NCBI GenBank assembly: GCA_000708835.1
Contig: DF237362.1
Coordinates: forward strand, 1-64,000
DNA: 64,000 bases
Origin: Klebsormidium nitens
Taxonomy: Eukaryota > Plantae > Klebsormidiophyceae
Direction of reading: 5' to 3'
The notes under the pieces were generated by a model. It searched no databases. It worked only from the letters and a program-made list of their open reading frames with translations, and had not been told where the DNA came from. Below, in pieces: positions 36,901-60,923 of the stretch; the first letter of the stretch is position 1, and every line of letters begins with the position of its first letter. Made by a program: the position numbers and the translations under genes.

Positions 36901-39090
36901 GTCTCGAGAGGAAGCGACTGACCTCCAGCAAGGAGCGTCAGACCTTCAGGTAAGAACTAATCTGCGCTAAGTGGCGGCTGTTGGGCAATAATACCAAGGC
37001 AACTCTACATCCGTTTGCAGGGTTGCGCGTTGTTCCGCATAAGAGTACAAAATCCTCAATCTTGACAGGCAACTGACAGGATTTCGAATCATACGGCCGC
37101 ACGGTTTAATAAGACTGCGGCACTGCATCTGCCTTCGCATTTCTACCCCCCTATTTTTGGAGGTCTTGAACCTCCTGAGTCCGGGCGTATGACAGTTCCG
37201 GCAGACGCTACTACTTTCTTGACAGGGTCTTGCAACTCAAACCGTCCATGCCTTTCAACGTCAGCACATTCTATGGTCGTAAGTATCTGACGTTCCACTG
37301 AAACACTTAAGCGCCTTTTGCATCGTCCAGGTGTCCGCCGTGGTCGAGTACACGGACCACTACGTGGCAGTTCTTCGCTTCCCGCCCGGATCGAAAGGAG
37401 CGCTCGAGGTTCGTGGTGCCGACTCGGCTGAAGGGAAAAGCTGTCACGCAATCGTTGTAAAGCTCGGGGAGGCAGAAGAGTAAGTGGCGCCTTCTTCGTC
37501 TGGTCTAGCAGTGTGCATGTCTGGATATAGGTATACCTGTGTCGGCAAAGAGTTGGTATGATGGACGCAAAACGACCGGACGGGGTTCAGTTAGAGCTTA
37601 ATAAAAGCTTGGTCGCTTTCGGATGTTTCAAGCTTTTGATGTTTCAAAGCCTCGAGCCTTGATATTGATGAACATGGCAACAGACTTCATCTCAGTGCGA
37701 TGGTCTGCGACGTTTGCGGTCACTTTCGATGCTTTGTGCCCCACCTAGTTGTTGGATCTCGGCGTGCAAACTTGACATTCATGGGGACAAATGCAAGTGC
37801 GACTGCGACTGCGACTTGATTTTCCCGCCAATATCGATTCGCGTGTTCGGGCTATTTGCAGTATCCCTCATGTGTCTGACCCCTTGGAAATCAATCCCCA
37901 GGCTTCAAAGTTCTTGGCTGATTGACGTGTCCTGTCTCGTGTTCAGGTTTGCGGCGTCTCTGCGCTTCTTACACCCCGTGGACGCATCGAAGGCCCGCTG
38001 CCAGATCTCCCGCAAGAGAGGCCTCGTTAGCTGCACGCTGCCCAAGTCTGCCCACTGGCCGTCCGACGCCTCGGGCCAAAACAAGGCCTCCCAGATCGAC
38101 ATCGGCAGTCTTCCCGTGTGGCCGGCAACAGACGTCGGGGGCCTGAGCTCAGTCCTGGGGCTCATGTTCACGTTAGAGGAGTCTTTGAGCAAAGTGCGGG
38201 GCACGCAGTACCAAGACTCCAACCGGTCCCCCTCGTTCGATCTGCGAGAGACGCTGCAGATTCTGTTCGTGCGGGCGTTCCGGGACGGGTACAAACGGCA
38301 CGCGATCAAGCTGAAGAGCGACGGACCGGAAGACGAGGCCCGTCTGTCGATCTTCATCAAGTCGCTCCGCAAAACAGCAAAGGGTATGCCCCTGCTCGAG
38401 CTCGTATACGCCGATCATGCACAAGCCCGCGCGCTTTTGAACGCGGGCAAGATCGTGGGCATGGAATCCGTCCAGCGGTTCACGGCAGCCATGCACAGCG
38501 TCGGCGGTCACGCGGAATGGCACACAGTGCTGGTATCGTCCGCCGAGCTGGAGCTTCTGCGGACAATGCTGGAGAAGAACGCGACACGTAGCAAGCCGTC
38601 CGCTTGGCAAGTGGCGCATACTCAAGGCCCCGAGTGGCGCGCAAGCCACGTGGTTCCGGTGTTTGGGGAGGAGAAGAAACGGGTCCTCGGCAGAGACGGC
38701 GACGGGCCGGGCATGGAAGAGCTGCTGCGGTCGCTGGAAAAGGAGAGCGCCCATCTGAGGGATCCCCCTGCGCAAGCTTTGGAGGGGCGGCCAACTCTGG
38801 CGGATCGTGGGCAAGGAGGACGGAGCGCCGGGCAGGGGGGTGCGGGAAAGGCCAAGCAAGCGGGGGGGGAAAAGATGCCCGGACAGCGGGGGTATGGCAG
38901 CGAAGCGACGGAGGGGGGAACAGCGAGATTGACTGATACGTGTGCTAATTGTGGGCTTGGGGGGGGCGACGAACAGGGTGGAGTGGTTCTGAAGCAGTGC
39001 TCTCGGTGTAAGAAGGTGAAGTACTGCAGTGCTAGCTGCCAGAAAGCAGCATGGGCCGGGCACAAGCCGCACTGCGTTGCGCAACCGTAG
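33971..39090 (+). pseudogene. DUF4470-like (SAM-binding-like) protein with C-terminal MYND zinc finger; two apparent 1-nt frameshifts (pseudogene or sequencing error)
   Basis: Exons about 33971-35291, 35838-36949, 37331-37479, 37947-39090. Motifs YLIGNT, ILSLGCGDIRN, FHLNDIN, FDAIDTSNLSDHVGLLNLL; MYND CANC...CSRCKKVKYCSASCQKAAWAGHKPHC. Frame switches near 34510 and near 36000 inside exons. Confidence 0.7.
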
Positions 39091-40803
39091 GCAACCTTTA
39101 CGCCGTACGATAGTTGCATCAGCTGATCCGGGAAAAGAGTCCGTATTCGAATGGGGTAGTGAGAGTGTCCTCATGCCGTTCTTCTCGCCAACTCCCTAAG
39201 GACATGCAAGACTGACAACCGCAATGTACCCCACACGTCTATGGATTCGGAGCTTCACATCACGATTGATCGTCTTGGTCAGTCCGTGCAATCCGCTTTC
39301 TCAACGTTTGCAGCAATTGTCTGCGTTTCCTCACGTACATGCGCTGTCAACACGAAATGCCCAAGCCCTCCTATCCCCGGTGACTTCTGCATGAACCAAC
39401 TTGCACGTGAACCTCGCCATGTGAATGCACTCAAGCGGGGCCTGAATATTGTAGCTTTTGTCGCACATGTCGGATGCTGCTCGAGCTTGGCTAACATTGA
39501 CACCGTGACTACACCATGACAAGTAGGCACAAGAGTCATGGTATAGGACCGTCAATTCGAATATGGATCTTCTGCATAGCATGTACGTAAGTAATCATGA
39601 CTTGTAAAAGAGTATGTTGGCCGTACATACATGCTTAATGCTGGAGATTGAGCGATCATGCAGGCCCTGCATGACAGACTCGATATTGTCGCGGGCCATG
39701 GGCCAGTAACACATGGTGGTTAATACGAAGCCTGACATGCATGTACCGCACTCCAATATGGATGCTTTTGCACATTCCACGCAGGCGGCGGCATCGTGAG
39801 TTGCAACTGCACATCATTGCACTGGCCTGGCATGGATGCTGCCGCCACCATGTGACCCGTTGCCAATGTTGGGATTATAGTAGTAGGCAAACGATGCAGG
39901 CCAGGCGGTACTGCAGCCTATACGCCTACCCGGCTAAGTTCAACTGGCCCATGCGACTCAGGCTCGGGTATGCTCAATAAAATTCTTTCATTGTAGATAG
40001 TGATCATACTATTTTAGGCCTTCGTCAGAGCCGCCGTTTCCAGCACGGCCTTCAAGCCAGGCTTCTGTTATTGATCATGATTAATGAGAAACTGTGGAAC
40101 AGGGATACCAGAGCTCCAAACGCCAGCCGTCGTCAAATATACAAACACGTGGTTGGAAATGTGGACAAGTCATGCAAGGCGGTCCAGACATTCAGCGAGC
40201 TATGAGATGTGACCAGATGCTGGCACCACAAGGGTGAACCGTCCTTGACACCTTTGAAGCTGAATGAACGTCAATAAACTTCTCTTGAAAGATGATACTT
40301 CAGCCGCACTTGTACAGAACCTACTTCAGCTATCAGACGTTAGTTGCTCGGACGATTGTCCGTCATTTTTCGTCCATCTATTCTTCTCTGCCCTCGCTGG
40401 TCAGAGGGATGAGCTCTGTCAGTCGAAGTTCGCTTCGCCTACTTGATGTCGCAAATCTACCTGCGAAAAATATACATCCAAGAGTCAGAACGTTGAGAAT
40501 ACCAGAATATCGACTAGGCTTGTAACGGTTGGTTGACTCGCTCAACCTGCGCGAGCTTATGACAGGCGGCACTCTGCCAAGGTCAGGGCTTGGAGGCGAC
40601 AACTGCAGAGGAATCAAGGCTCGTCAGACTTTGAATGTAACCAATTCCAGTCTTGCATTGAACGACGTTATTTTTGGGACAGGTAACGGGCAGCCAGCGT
40701 GCTTACCTGCAAGCGCAAAGCATGCCGGTCAGTGGTGCCGCTCTCGGAATCTCCTCTCGCGTTAGTTCCTAGCACGGGGTGACGTCATGCGAGACAGGTG
40801 ACG

Positions 40804-52285
<11,482 letters not shown>

Positions 52286-52592
52286 CCTGTCAACACGCGC
52301 TGGCAGTCTCCAGATTGGTGATCTCGTCCTCCCCAGCTTCACACTTCAGCTTCTTCACCCTTCCTGCTTCATTGAGTCGCCCCCTGAATCCTGATTACAC
52401 TGTTATAATGCATAATTGCATTGAGCTCGCTCCAGAAAATGAAGCTCCCAAGTTTTCAAGCATGAACACTTCGACAATGGCATTGCAAATGCAATGCCAA
52501 TGGATAGCCCCGCTGGACCATCCAACGAAGCACGACCAAGCTCTTGCAATTCGACGGGCAGAACTTCTTCAGAGTCTTCCAGACTTTCTTAC

Positions 52593-52710
52593 GTGGCGCT
52601 TCGCCCTCCCAACCTCGCGAGCCGGCACGCTGCTCGGCCCCCGCGGCCGCCTGCTGCACGCGGCCGCGCGTTCGGAGCAAAGATTCTATCTTGCATTGCT
52701 GCATGCCCAT
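52593..52710 (-). other. Upstream (5' leader) exon of ECA3 carrying upstream ATGs
   Basis: Donor GCCAC|gtaag at 52593/52592 and acceptor ttgacag|G ATG one base before the ECA3 ATG. ATGs at 52710, 52704 and 52696. Confidence 0.55.
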
Positions 52711-54083
52711 TTAGTACTATGGACGCTTTGTTGCACACAGAGTTTGCTAAATTGCTATCAATTATGCATCCTATGCTAGTATTAATCTGGACCGTCCCTG
52801 GCCAAACGTTCGACGACGACCGGAGTTTGATCTGCCCAACGGACGAGAAGGTATTGTTGAATGACCGGATATGGCGGTACATCAGAGAGTTTGGAATCAT
52901 CTTCGAACAGGTAGAGAGGCACATTCCGAGAGGGTCCCATTTGTATTCAGGTCGCCCGATCAGTTAGACCCTCCGCGAGGGGGCGAGACGCAGAATCATG
53001 AACTGTCAATGCATGGTTGAAAGTCCTCGCTTCGCGATCGCGTGCCCGGTATAGTTCGAGTGATCGAGTCTATAGCGCCCTAATCCGTTGTGAAGTGCAA
53101 GCACTCTATAAAGTTCAGCCACTGCTAATAACGCTCACACGTGCTCTGCTAGCTACTCTGAAGATTTGGCGTTCCGCCTGAATCTGTTGATCTTATGATC
53201 TGCTTTTCACATCAGGCGGGCCAGTCCTTCAAGCTTTAAGATGCTTGTGACGGAACCGACTGGTGACCAGTTAATTTACATGTTGTCATGGTCGAACTTT
53301 CGCGTTGAACGGCTGCGGAGCGTATGAACGTTTCTGCAGGCTTAGTTGAACGGATTTGCACTATTATCATCTCATGGAAGCATACGGCCAGACTCGGGAT
53401 ATGACAGGCCGGTCAGATTGCTAGCTTTTTCGGATTCGGATCGCTGCTCGTTGAGCAGTTTATGGCTCATTTCCGAGTTGGAAGAAACAGTTGCAGACCG
53501 CCTGGCGGCTGAAGGCCCCGGCGCATCTCGACTAATATACCGCGTGCTCTGTAATGCTAAGCTTCGGGTCGGCATGCCAAATGCAAAACCAAGTCGATCG
53601 GTTGCACCGTGAATATATACCCAATTCATAAGAAGCGGCCCACAACATCCTAACTGCAAAGCGTCTCGTCAACGTATACGTCCATAAGACAGCCTTTGGG
53701 CGATGTACGATATTCAGCTGCGGACGTAAGCCGTAACAAAATCAAACGCATTAAAAAGGTTGTTGGTGATACGGCATGTGTGCTGTGTCCATAGACATTG
53801 AAGTCACGGAATCGCGTGCACCTTCATGGCTAGCCATGAGTAATATCTGGCTACGTGAAAAAGTAACATGATAACCAGCGGGTTGCCATATCTGGAAGTT
53901 TTGAATGTAACAGAACACCCCGCCGGAGCTCCACCGCGGTTTTCCGATTTTGACGAATCTGCAAGTGTTTTCAGACCGAATCGGAAGTTAGTCCGCCCAA
54001 CAAGATGGTTGGAGACTGGAAGCGCCCAATCAATACTCTTTCAGTTGCATTCTTGGCGTCAGCACTTGCTTCCTATCACTCTC

Positions 54084-57000
54084 TCACAGCTTTTTCAGAA
54101 TGGCGGGACGCGCTATCTCGGGCGACGTCGTCCGTCTCCCAGCTTTGCGAGGCTTCGGCTTGCTGCGGACGTCCTGTAGCAACTCGATCATCCGTTTCTG
54201 CTCTTTCTCCGTAATCACGCTATACCCTTTGAGCTCCGACTTCTTTTCGTAAAGTGGCTTCCGCCTCGCGGCCGGCTGGGGCGACACCGCGTTGTTCAAC
54301 ACTGAATGTAACCCCGGAATCTCCAACTGCCCAAGTAGCTTGTTTTCCGTTCCGGCCTTCCGCCGATCCGGCATCCGCGCCTTGTGCATCATCCGCTTCA
54401 AGAACGCCTTGTGGCTCTTCCCCTTGCGCGGTTCCGCGGCCTTCGAGAATTTCTCGCGCAGCGCGACCAGATCGACGGACGCGAAGTCGCGCTTGAACCC
54501 CAGCTCGTCCTCGTCGCCGTCCGATAGCAGCCCATTCAGCCGCTCGCGCAGATGCGACCGCGGCCGCGAGGGCGCGCCGTCGGAGAACTCCTCCGACAGC
54601 TCCGCAGACAGCCGCTCTAGTTCCTGCTTGAACTCCGCGCGCTGGCGCGCGATCTCAAGGTCCGCGGCCGCGTTCTCCTCCTCCGCGGCCGCCCCGTTGA
54701 CCTGCATACTCCTTCGATACCACTGCGACTGCCGGCGACCAAGCACGCCTTCCGGCGTTGCAACGCGCATGTTGAACCTCGGCATGTTGACCTTTTCAAC
54801 CGGCGGGGGATAGTGCATCCGCGTTCCGGGCAGAATCGCCTTTCTCGCACCTCTTTCATCGATACCGACCCCCAAACCCGCAGCCCGATTCTGTTGCAGC
54901 ATTTGCCGCCGCATTGCGCGCCGCACCCCCGACTCCAACGCACTCGGCTCGGGGGCTGGTGCATCTTTCCCGGGGGGTCCCGGTTCAAAGTTGAACGGCG
55001 GGCCGGGTTCCTGTATCGTCACCTGCGGCTCCAACACCGTCTTCGAGCGCATCGGTTTCGGCTCCCCGTCTTCTGAGGTCACCTCCTCTTCGGCGAACCT
55101 CATTCCCTTCGCCGGCGACATCATCACTTCCTCCGCATTTTGCGGTCGCCGCCTGTGCGAGATCCTCACCTTCCGTTCGACGTTCCCGTCGCTTTCTTCT
55201 GACAGCCCCGAGACTTCCGACACCAATTCCTCCAAAATTGTTTCGGTGACGCCCCGCGCAGTGCCCATTTCGCCCTCGGGACTAAGAAGCGATTCAAATT
55301 TCCGTTCTCCGTCCGAGCTCCGCGACGCCTCGCTAGACTTCCGAACGGAATCCGCGCTCCTCCGCTTCGGACCGTCCTCTCCGGACGGACTCTGTGTCGT
55401 GAAGTCAGAGGCCCTCCGCTGGTGACCCTTCTTCCGATCATCCCTAAAGTCTGAGCTTCTCCTTTGAGCAACCGGGGGCCGATCGGCGTACTCCGAACTC
55501 CTCCTAGGGGGGGACCGGCTCGTGGGATCGCTACCCCCCCGAGGGGCTTCGTCGCTCTTTCGGGTCGGTCTCCCCTTATCGTCCGACTGCTTCCACTGCG
55601 CGAAGAGGTCCGTAAAGCTCTGCGAGTCGGCGCGCGTTTTCGGGCTGCCCCGAAAGCTGCGACGTGGCGTGGTGCTACCGGAGTGTCTAGCGGACCGTCG
55701 CCGCGAATTGGATTCCAGATACGCGACGCTGGACGGATCCACGCTCTCCATCAGCTTCACCAGCTTATCGCCTATGGTATCCATCTTGGATAGCGTATCC
55801 TCCAGCTGCCGCGACTCGTCTGTGACGGGTTTCGGGGTTTCGGCCCACGTGCCCATCAGCATCGACCCGTTGATGCTCATCGAGTTTCGTCGCTCGGGTT
55901 CGCGCCCCGAGCCTGGGTGAATGCGCGCGCACAGCGCGTCCAGGCCGCTGCGGATGGGCGCGATCAGCTCCACCGCCTGCAAAGTTTTAAAAGAGTCGCT
56001 TGGATAAGGCAACAGGGATTTTGGTGGGCGGTCATGATGATAAAAATAAGAGTTCCAATGTGGTCGCGCTTCTTCACCAAACACGGAGAGGAGAGCTCTT
56101 AGCTGTAGGGGACACGTTAGACTGTATAGACCTCTCTGAGTAACGAGCGGGCCACGATGTTTCAACTACCGTTTCTTTGCTTTACCTCAGTGGTATGCAG
56201 CAGCCCAAATAACGGCGTCCTGGAACACCCAGAGCTTTTGAACAGGGAAGGTAAGTTTTCAAAGAAGAAATGTTTTGCTGAGAGACAGTCTCAGAACCCA
56301 AAACCCTCTTCTAGTGTTCATATCCTGACGGCTCACTCGAGACAGCCTTCTTACCCTCAGATCTCCTGGGGTTGCGTCTCCAGGGTTCTGAGAGCTTTCA
56401 GACTTAGCCCTCAGTTGGAATTACACCCAGATCGCGCGCGCGCCTCCAATTCCAAAAGCATACATAAGAAATAAAAATAGGAAGAAGGACAGAAAGTTCT
56501 TTCTTTCCTCCGGAAGAAGAGGATAGACGTTGCCCGAGGCCCTCACCTGATGATAAACCCTGATTGCCCGCGTGAGCCGCGCCTCGCTCTTGATCATGCG
56601 GCTCTCGATGTCGCCCGTCGACCGCTTCTGGTACGCCTCGTCAACCCCCTCTAGTTGCAGCTCGCGCTTGTGCAGAATGAGGGTCTGGAGGGTTTGGTTC
56701 AGCCGCTCGAACGAGTCGTGCGCGCGCGATTTCTGGAGCTCCAGCGTGCTGTGGGTCTGGTCCCGGGTTAGCATCTTAACCAGGAACAGGTTCGGGTCGC
56801 TCACGCCGGTCGCCTCCAGAATGCGCTCCGCGAGGGCGGCCCTGAGGAAACAAGAGGTTCAGGGTTTAGGGCGTATGATTGCGCAGATTTAACGTAACGA
56901 CGGGGGGAGCCGCCAACGACGGCACTCGCCATAAAGATATTTCGCATACCGCATGGGAGACTATAATTATGGGGAAAAGCAAGAAACAAACAAGTCTGAA

Positions 57001-60000
57001 AGAATGGGCTAAAGAGTTCCATTGGGCGACTTGATACGTTCGCAGGGCCTTCTCTCGCGGGTGCGGCTTCGGAAACCTGAAGATGTTTTGATTGTCCTTG
57101 GTCTTCAACGCTGTTTATAGCAACATCTGATTCTCACATCCGGATGGCTATGTTGCTAGCTGTGTCTGCGTGCAAAATTGTACGCTTTATGGTGCAAGAT
57201 AGAACTCCAAGAGGAGCACCAGTTCCTCCCTTCCTCCAAGCTTCGCAACAGGTTCGCGCTAGCTCCCAAGCTTGCAGCCCTCCTTGAAGAAGCAATTACT
57301 CAGAACCCTCGGATTCCGCATCCACATGCCAGACTCACTCACCTAGCATTTCGAACCAAGACCCACTCGTTTGAAATTCAGAACCATACTTCCAGACTTA
57401 CTCGTCTAGAACTTCCAGCTTGGCCATCCCCCCTTCCGCCCCGAGCGGCAGGCCCTCCTCCGCCGCTTTCAGCCGCCGCAGTCGCTCCATTCTCCGCTGG
57501 CTCTCCTCGTTCTTCATTCGCGCGAGGACCTGCGCTTGCTTCTCCTGCCGCCGCACCTCGCGCATCCGGCTCTCCTTGATGTCGGCAATGCCCAACCGCA
57601 GGAAATCGAGCTCCTGCCGGGAATGAGTAAAAGTGGTTTCAACTTGATGTGTAAAGGGTTTTGGAGTTTGTTTTGGCAGGTTGCAGGCTGTCGTTACCAC
57701 TATCGTCTCGCTCTAATGGCACTCTAATATCTCTTGCGAGCGTTGTGAGACTGTCTAGATCCGGCTATCTTTGATGTCGGCAATGCTCGAGCTCCTGCAA
57801 CAGAAGGGTCAATACAACGATCTTCAACATGCTATCCAGAAGTCGAGCTTCTGACGTGGAAAGAACTAACAAGCTTTGATATGCTGTTTAAAAGCTGTTT
57901 GGTATGGCGTCTTGGGGTACAGGCTTTCAATACGACTTTAGTTCTTGCTCTTTCTATACATCTTTCTCTCGCAAAAAGTTGCGACACTGTCTAGCTGCAG
58001 CCGGTCCCGGAAGTCCAGTATCGGTCCGCATCTTTGGACGGGTTGAAACGGATGCATTACGCAACACGGCATTAATGGGTCAGATCAGAGATGAAACGGT
58101 AATCAAGGGATGAAGGACGCTGATGGGCTGCGCAGCGGAAGTTTACCTTTTTACGGTGCTCCCGTTCTTCCGCCTGCTTAGCCTTCAGTTCTTCAAGCTC
58201 CTCAAGCGACAATTGCTTCGCCCGGTTAGCCTCTGCTAGCTTGACCTGCGGGCAGACACGTTCGTGACGTAAGCCACAGAGCTTTGCAGCGTCAGCTACG
58301 GACTTAAACGAGGCCCTTAACCAGTGCTCTATACAATCCAATGGGCCAAACTCAGACCATAAACACGTAAAAATAAGGCGTCACAAAGAAGCGGGTCAGA
58401 CAGAAAAGAAATACACTTGGAGGGCAGCATCTAAAACTTTGAGCGGACAGTGATGCTGGGAAAACCAAGTTGGACCCGTTGATTACGGTACGTCGAATCG
58501 AGCTTCCAAGAGCGACGCAGGCCTGGAGAGAGCTGAAGATGTCAAAGGAGCAAGTCGGTCTAGCAGTCGCACTCACGTTCGTCTCGACAATCTGCCCCTC
58601 CGTCTTGGCGCGGCTGTCCCGCATAAGTGCCACCATTGCCTGCATTTCCCGCTTTAGGTCCACCATTCTCTTAAGCAGCATCTTCAGAGTGGTGCTGTTG
58701 CGCCACGCCTCCGCCTGGCCCAGCTCAATCCCGTCCAACTCTTCCTGCGGACGCAAACGCTGGATCTTTGAGTCTTGATCGTCTAGATTCTTTTGAGCAG
58801 ATTCGTTCTGCGGGATTTGGCGCTGAGGTCTGGGGAACCCCTGAGAGGCTGGTCCAGTTCTCAGAGGGGTTGCACGGCTCTGTGGGCTTGCAATTTCAAG
58901 CATCCCTCCAACCGTTCTCACGGGTGAGGCTGTCGCAAGCTGACTGACTTCGGTGATTTTGCCAGCCCTTGGAACGAGGGTATGAAATGCATATAATGAA
59001 AATCTAAAGCTTCATCTTAAGAGGATCGAGTATAGAGCTCCAAATCTTATACGTGATTTCAGCGGTGCCTGCTTTGCCATAGCCCAAGTAGCAGTCCCAC
59101 TAGTTTGGTCTACATCGCGAGACCTCAGTCGGCAACACTGAAGGCTCCGAGGGTTCTGCAAATCTGCATTCGGAACTCAACATTGCAAAAGTGTCATGCG
59201 CAGCAAGACCCCTTTTTTTGAGCGCCCGTCCTTCTTGGCTGCTTGGCTCTCCGGTGCGTCTGCGGCCGCTCGCACTCGTGCCAAGGATCAAGGATACAAA
59301 ACTTCTTTCGTTTGAAAGTAAAGCGTTTGAAGATCCTAGACACCCCTGAAAAGCCGTGAGTACGAGCAAACGTGGCTTTTCCGCTTCGCCTGCAGCCGCT
59401 CGTAATCGGCTGAGTACTCAGCGGAAATTGACATCAAACATTTCCCTGTTGAAACTTCCTGGACTCCATGATGAAGACGCAGTACTCGTAGCTTCTATCG
59501 CAAGCCTCTAAGTTCCCAAGGGCGCCCGCCTCCTGACTCTGCCCAGTCCTCAAGTACGTCGGAGTCGAAATGTCCTCCTTTCTATCTATAAAGTGGAAGT
59601 TGTCTAACGTAAGCACTCGCCTGCTTGGCTTTCCGCTCCGCCTGCAGCCGCTCAAATTCCGCCCAGTCCTGCTCGAGCATCATTTTCCGATGCACGTGCG
59701 CCACGTCCTGCATCTCCTGCAGCCTCTCCAGCAGCTGCACGTGCAGCCGGCTGAACTCCACGCGCTTCGCGCCGATCTGCCGCACCAGCTCCTCCTCCTC
59801 CGTCGTCTGCAAAAACCATTCAACAGTTGGCGGGTATTATTCGTCATTTTGGTATTTGTTGCGCAAGTGAACAACGAGCTTCATGTAAGCATTGAACCGA
59901 ATTGAAAGGTCAAACTAGAGGGTTACGCAGTTCGCGCCGATGCCGGACCAGCTCCTCCTCCTCCGTCTGCCTGATGCATGGCGCGGACAACTTCGGATTT

Positions 60001-60923
60001 GGCTGGTGTTATCTGCCCTTTTGCTTGGTACCTCTCAGTCTGATGAAAATAAGCGCTGAACCTAACCAAACGCCAGAAACAAAAAAATGAGCGCTTCGCG
60101 CCGATCTGCCGCACCAGCTCCTCCTCCTCCGTCGTCTACAACAATCATATGGCTTAAGATTCAGTGCTCCTCGGTGACGCTGCTCCGGTGCTCGAGGGCT
60201 GCCAGCCTGAGCTAAAGGAGATTGCTATCAACGGCTGCGACTCTGAGTTGTGCTTTTGCACGCATTTTCCTAATTATCCACTTATGCTTAACGCATGTTG
60301 GAAAACGTTGCGTTGTATTTCCCGAAAGGAAGTACATGTGGACGGGCTTACAGGAAGGAGAATAGAATCGAGCGGACCTTCAGGCAGCGTCATTTCTAGA
60401 AACGGCATATTGTGGGCATCAGACGTTTGTTCACCCACTTTCTGTCTTTCTTCCCCCAACAGGATGCCTATCTCTTTTTCCGCCCGACCTTAGCAAGAGG
60501 GCTACGATACAAAAAGGTCGTGGTCGTCCAACAAAAAGCGACAGAGGCGCCAGCGGACCTGCTCACATTAAGAGCCGTTTCCTTCCACATGGCGCAGATG
60601 GCCATGGCCCGACCGAAACCCAAGTGCGGGCGTGTGAAAATTTGCCTTTTACGTTTTCAAAAGAAGTTAGGGGACGCGAGGAGGAAAAGCGAGCAGACTG
60701 CTTCGATGGCCGAGAACTGTGTAAAGACCAATCAGCAGCCGCCACTCACCACGTGCAGATGCGCTGTATATTCCCCCTCGACGTAGAATGACGCGACCGG
60801 GGACGCCACCCGGGACATGGACGCCTCCATTTCGGGGCTCGGCGCGGAGGTCGTCACCCGGAGGCGGGACCCCGGGACAGCTGTCCGGGCCTGCCGGCGT
60901 ATGCTCGAGGCAAAAAAGCCCAT
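54084..60923 (-). CDS. Coiled-coil protein resembling outer dynein arm docking complex subunits (CCDC151/ODA-DC1 family) with a ~600-aa disordered C-terminal tail
   Basis: Phase-consistent exons 59806-59621, 58744-58577, 58245-58147, 57613-57402, 57076-57038, 56841-56547, 55976-54084; candidate first exon 60923-60750 (5' end uncertain). The segment ERILEATGVSDPNLFLVKMLTRDQTHSTLELQK resembles the KIKEATG-D...FL.Q..T...L motif I recall for this family; the family call is from memory. Confidence 0.6.
59925..60140 (-). repeat. Two tandem copies of the acceptor and first ~45 nt of the exon starting at 59806
   Basis: tgtag|ACGACGGAGGAGGAGGAGCTGGTGCGGCAGATCGGCGCGAAGCGC at 60135 (identical to the exon start) and a decayed copy at 59966. 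Confidence 0.85.

Noticed and set aside
38173-39174. 333-aa antisense ORF, and other long antisense or alternative-frame ORFs over GC-rich exons (e.g. 5230-5826, 44392-44823, 54292-54813)
   Set aside because: Shadow ORFs caused by GC-rich codon usage of the real genes.
52720-52967. Overlapping short open frames on both strands upstream of ECA3
   Set aside because: Several frames are open at once with no splice or motif support; none can be favoured.
56855-56872. TTCAGGGTTTAGGG telomere-like motif in an intron; AACCCTA motifs near 650-735
   Set aside because: Only one or two units; too short to call interstitial telomeric repeats.
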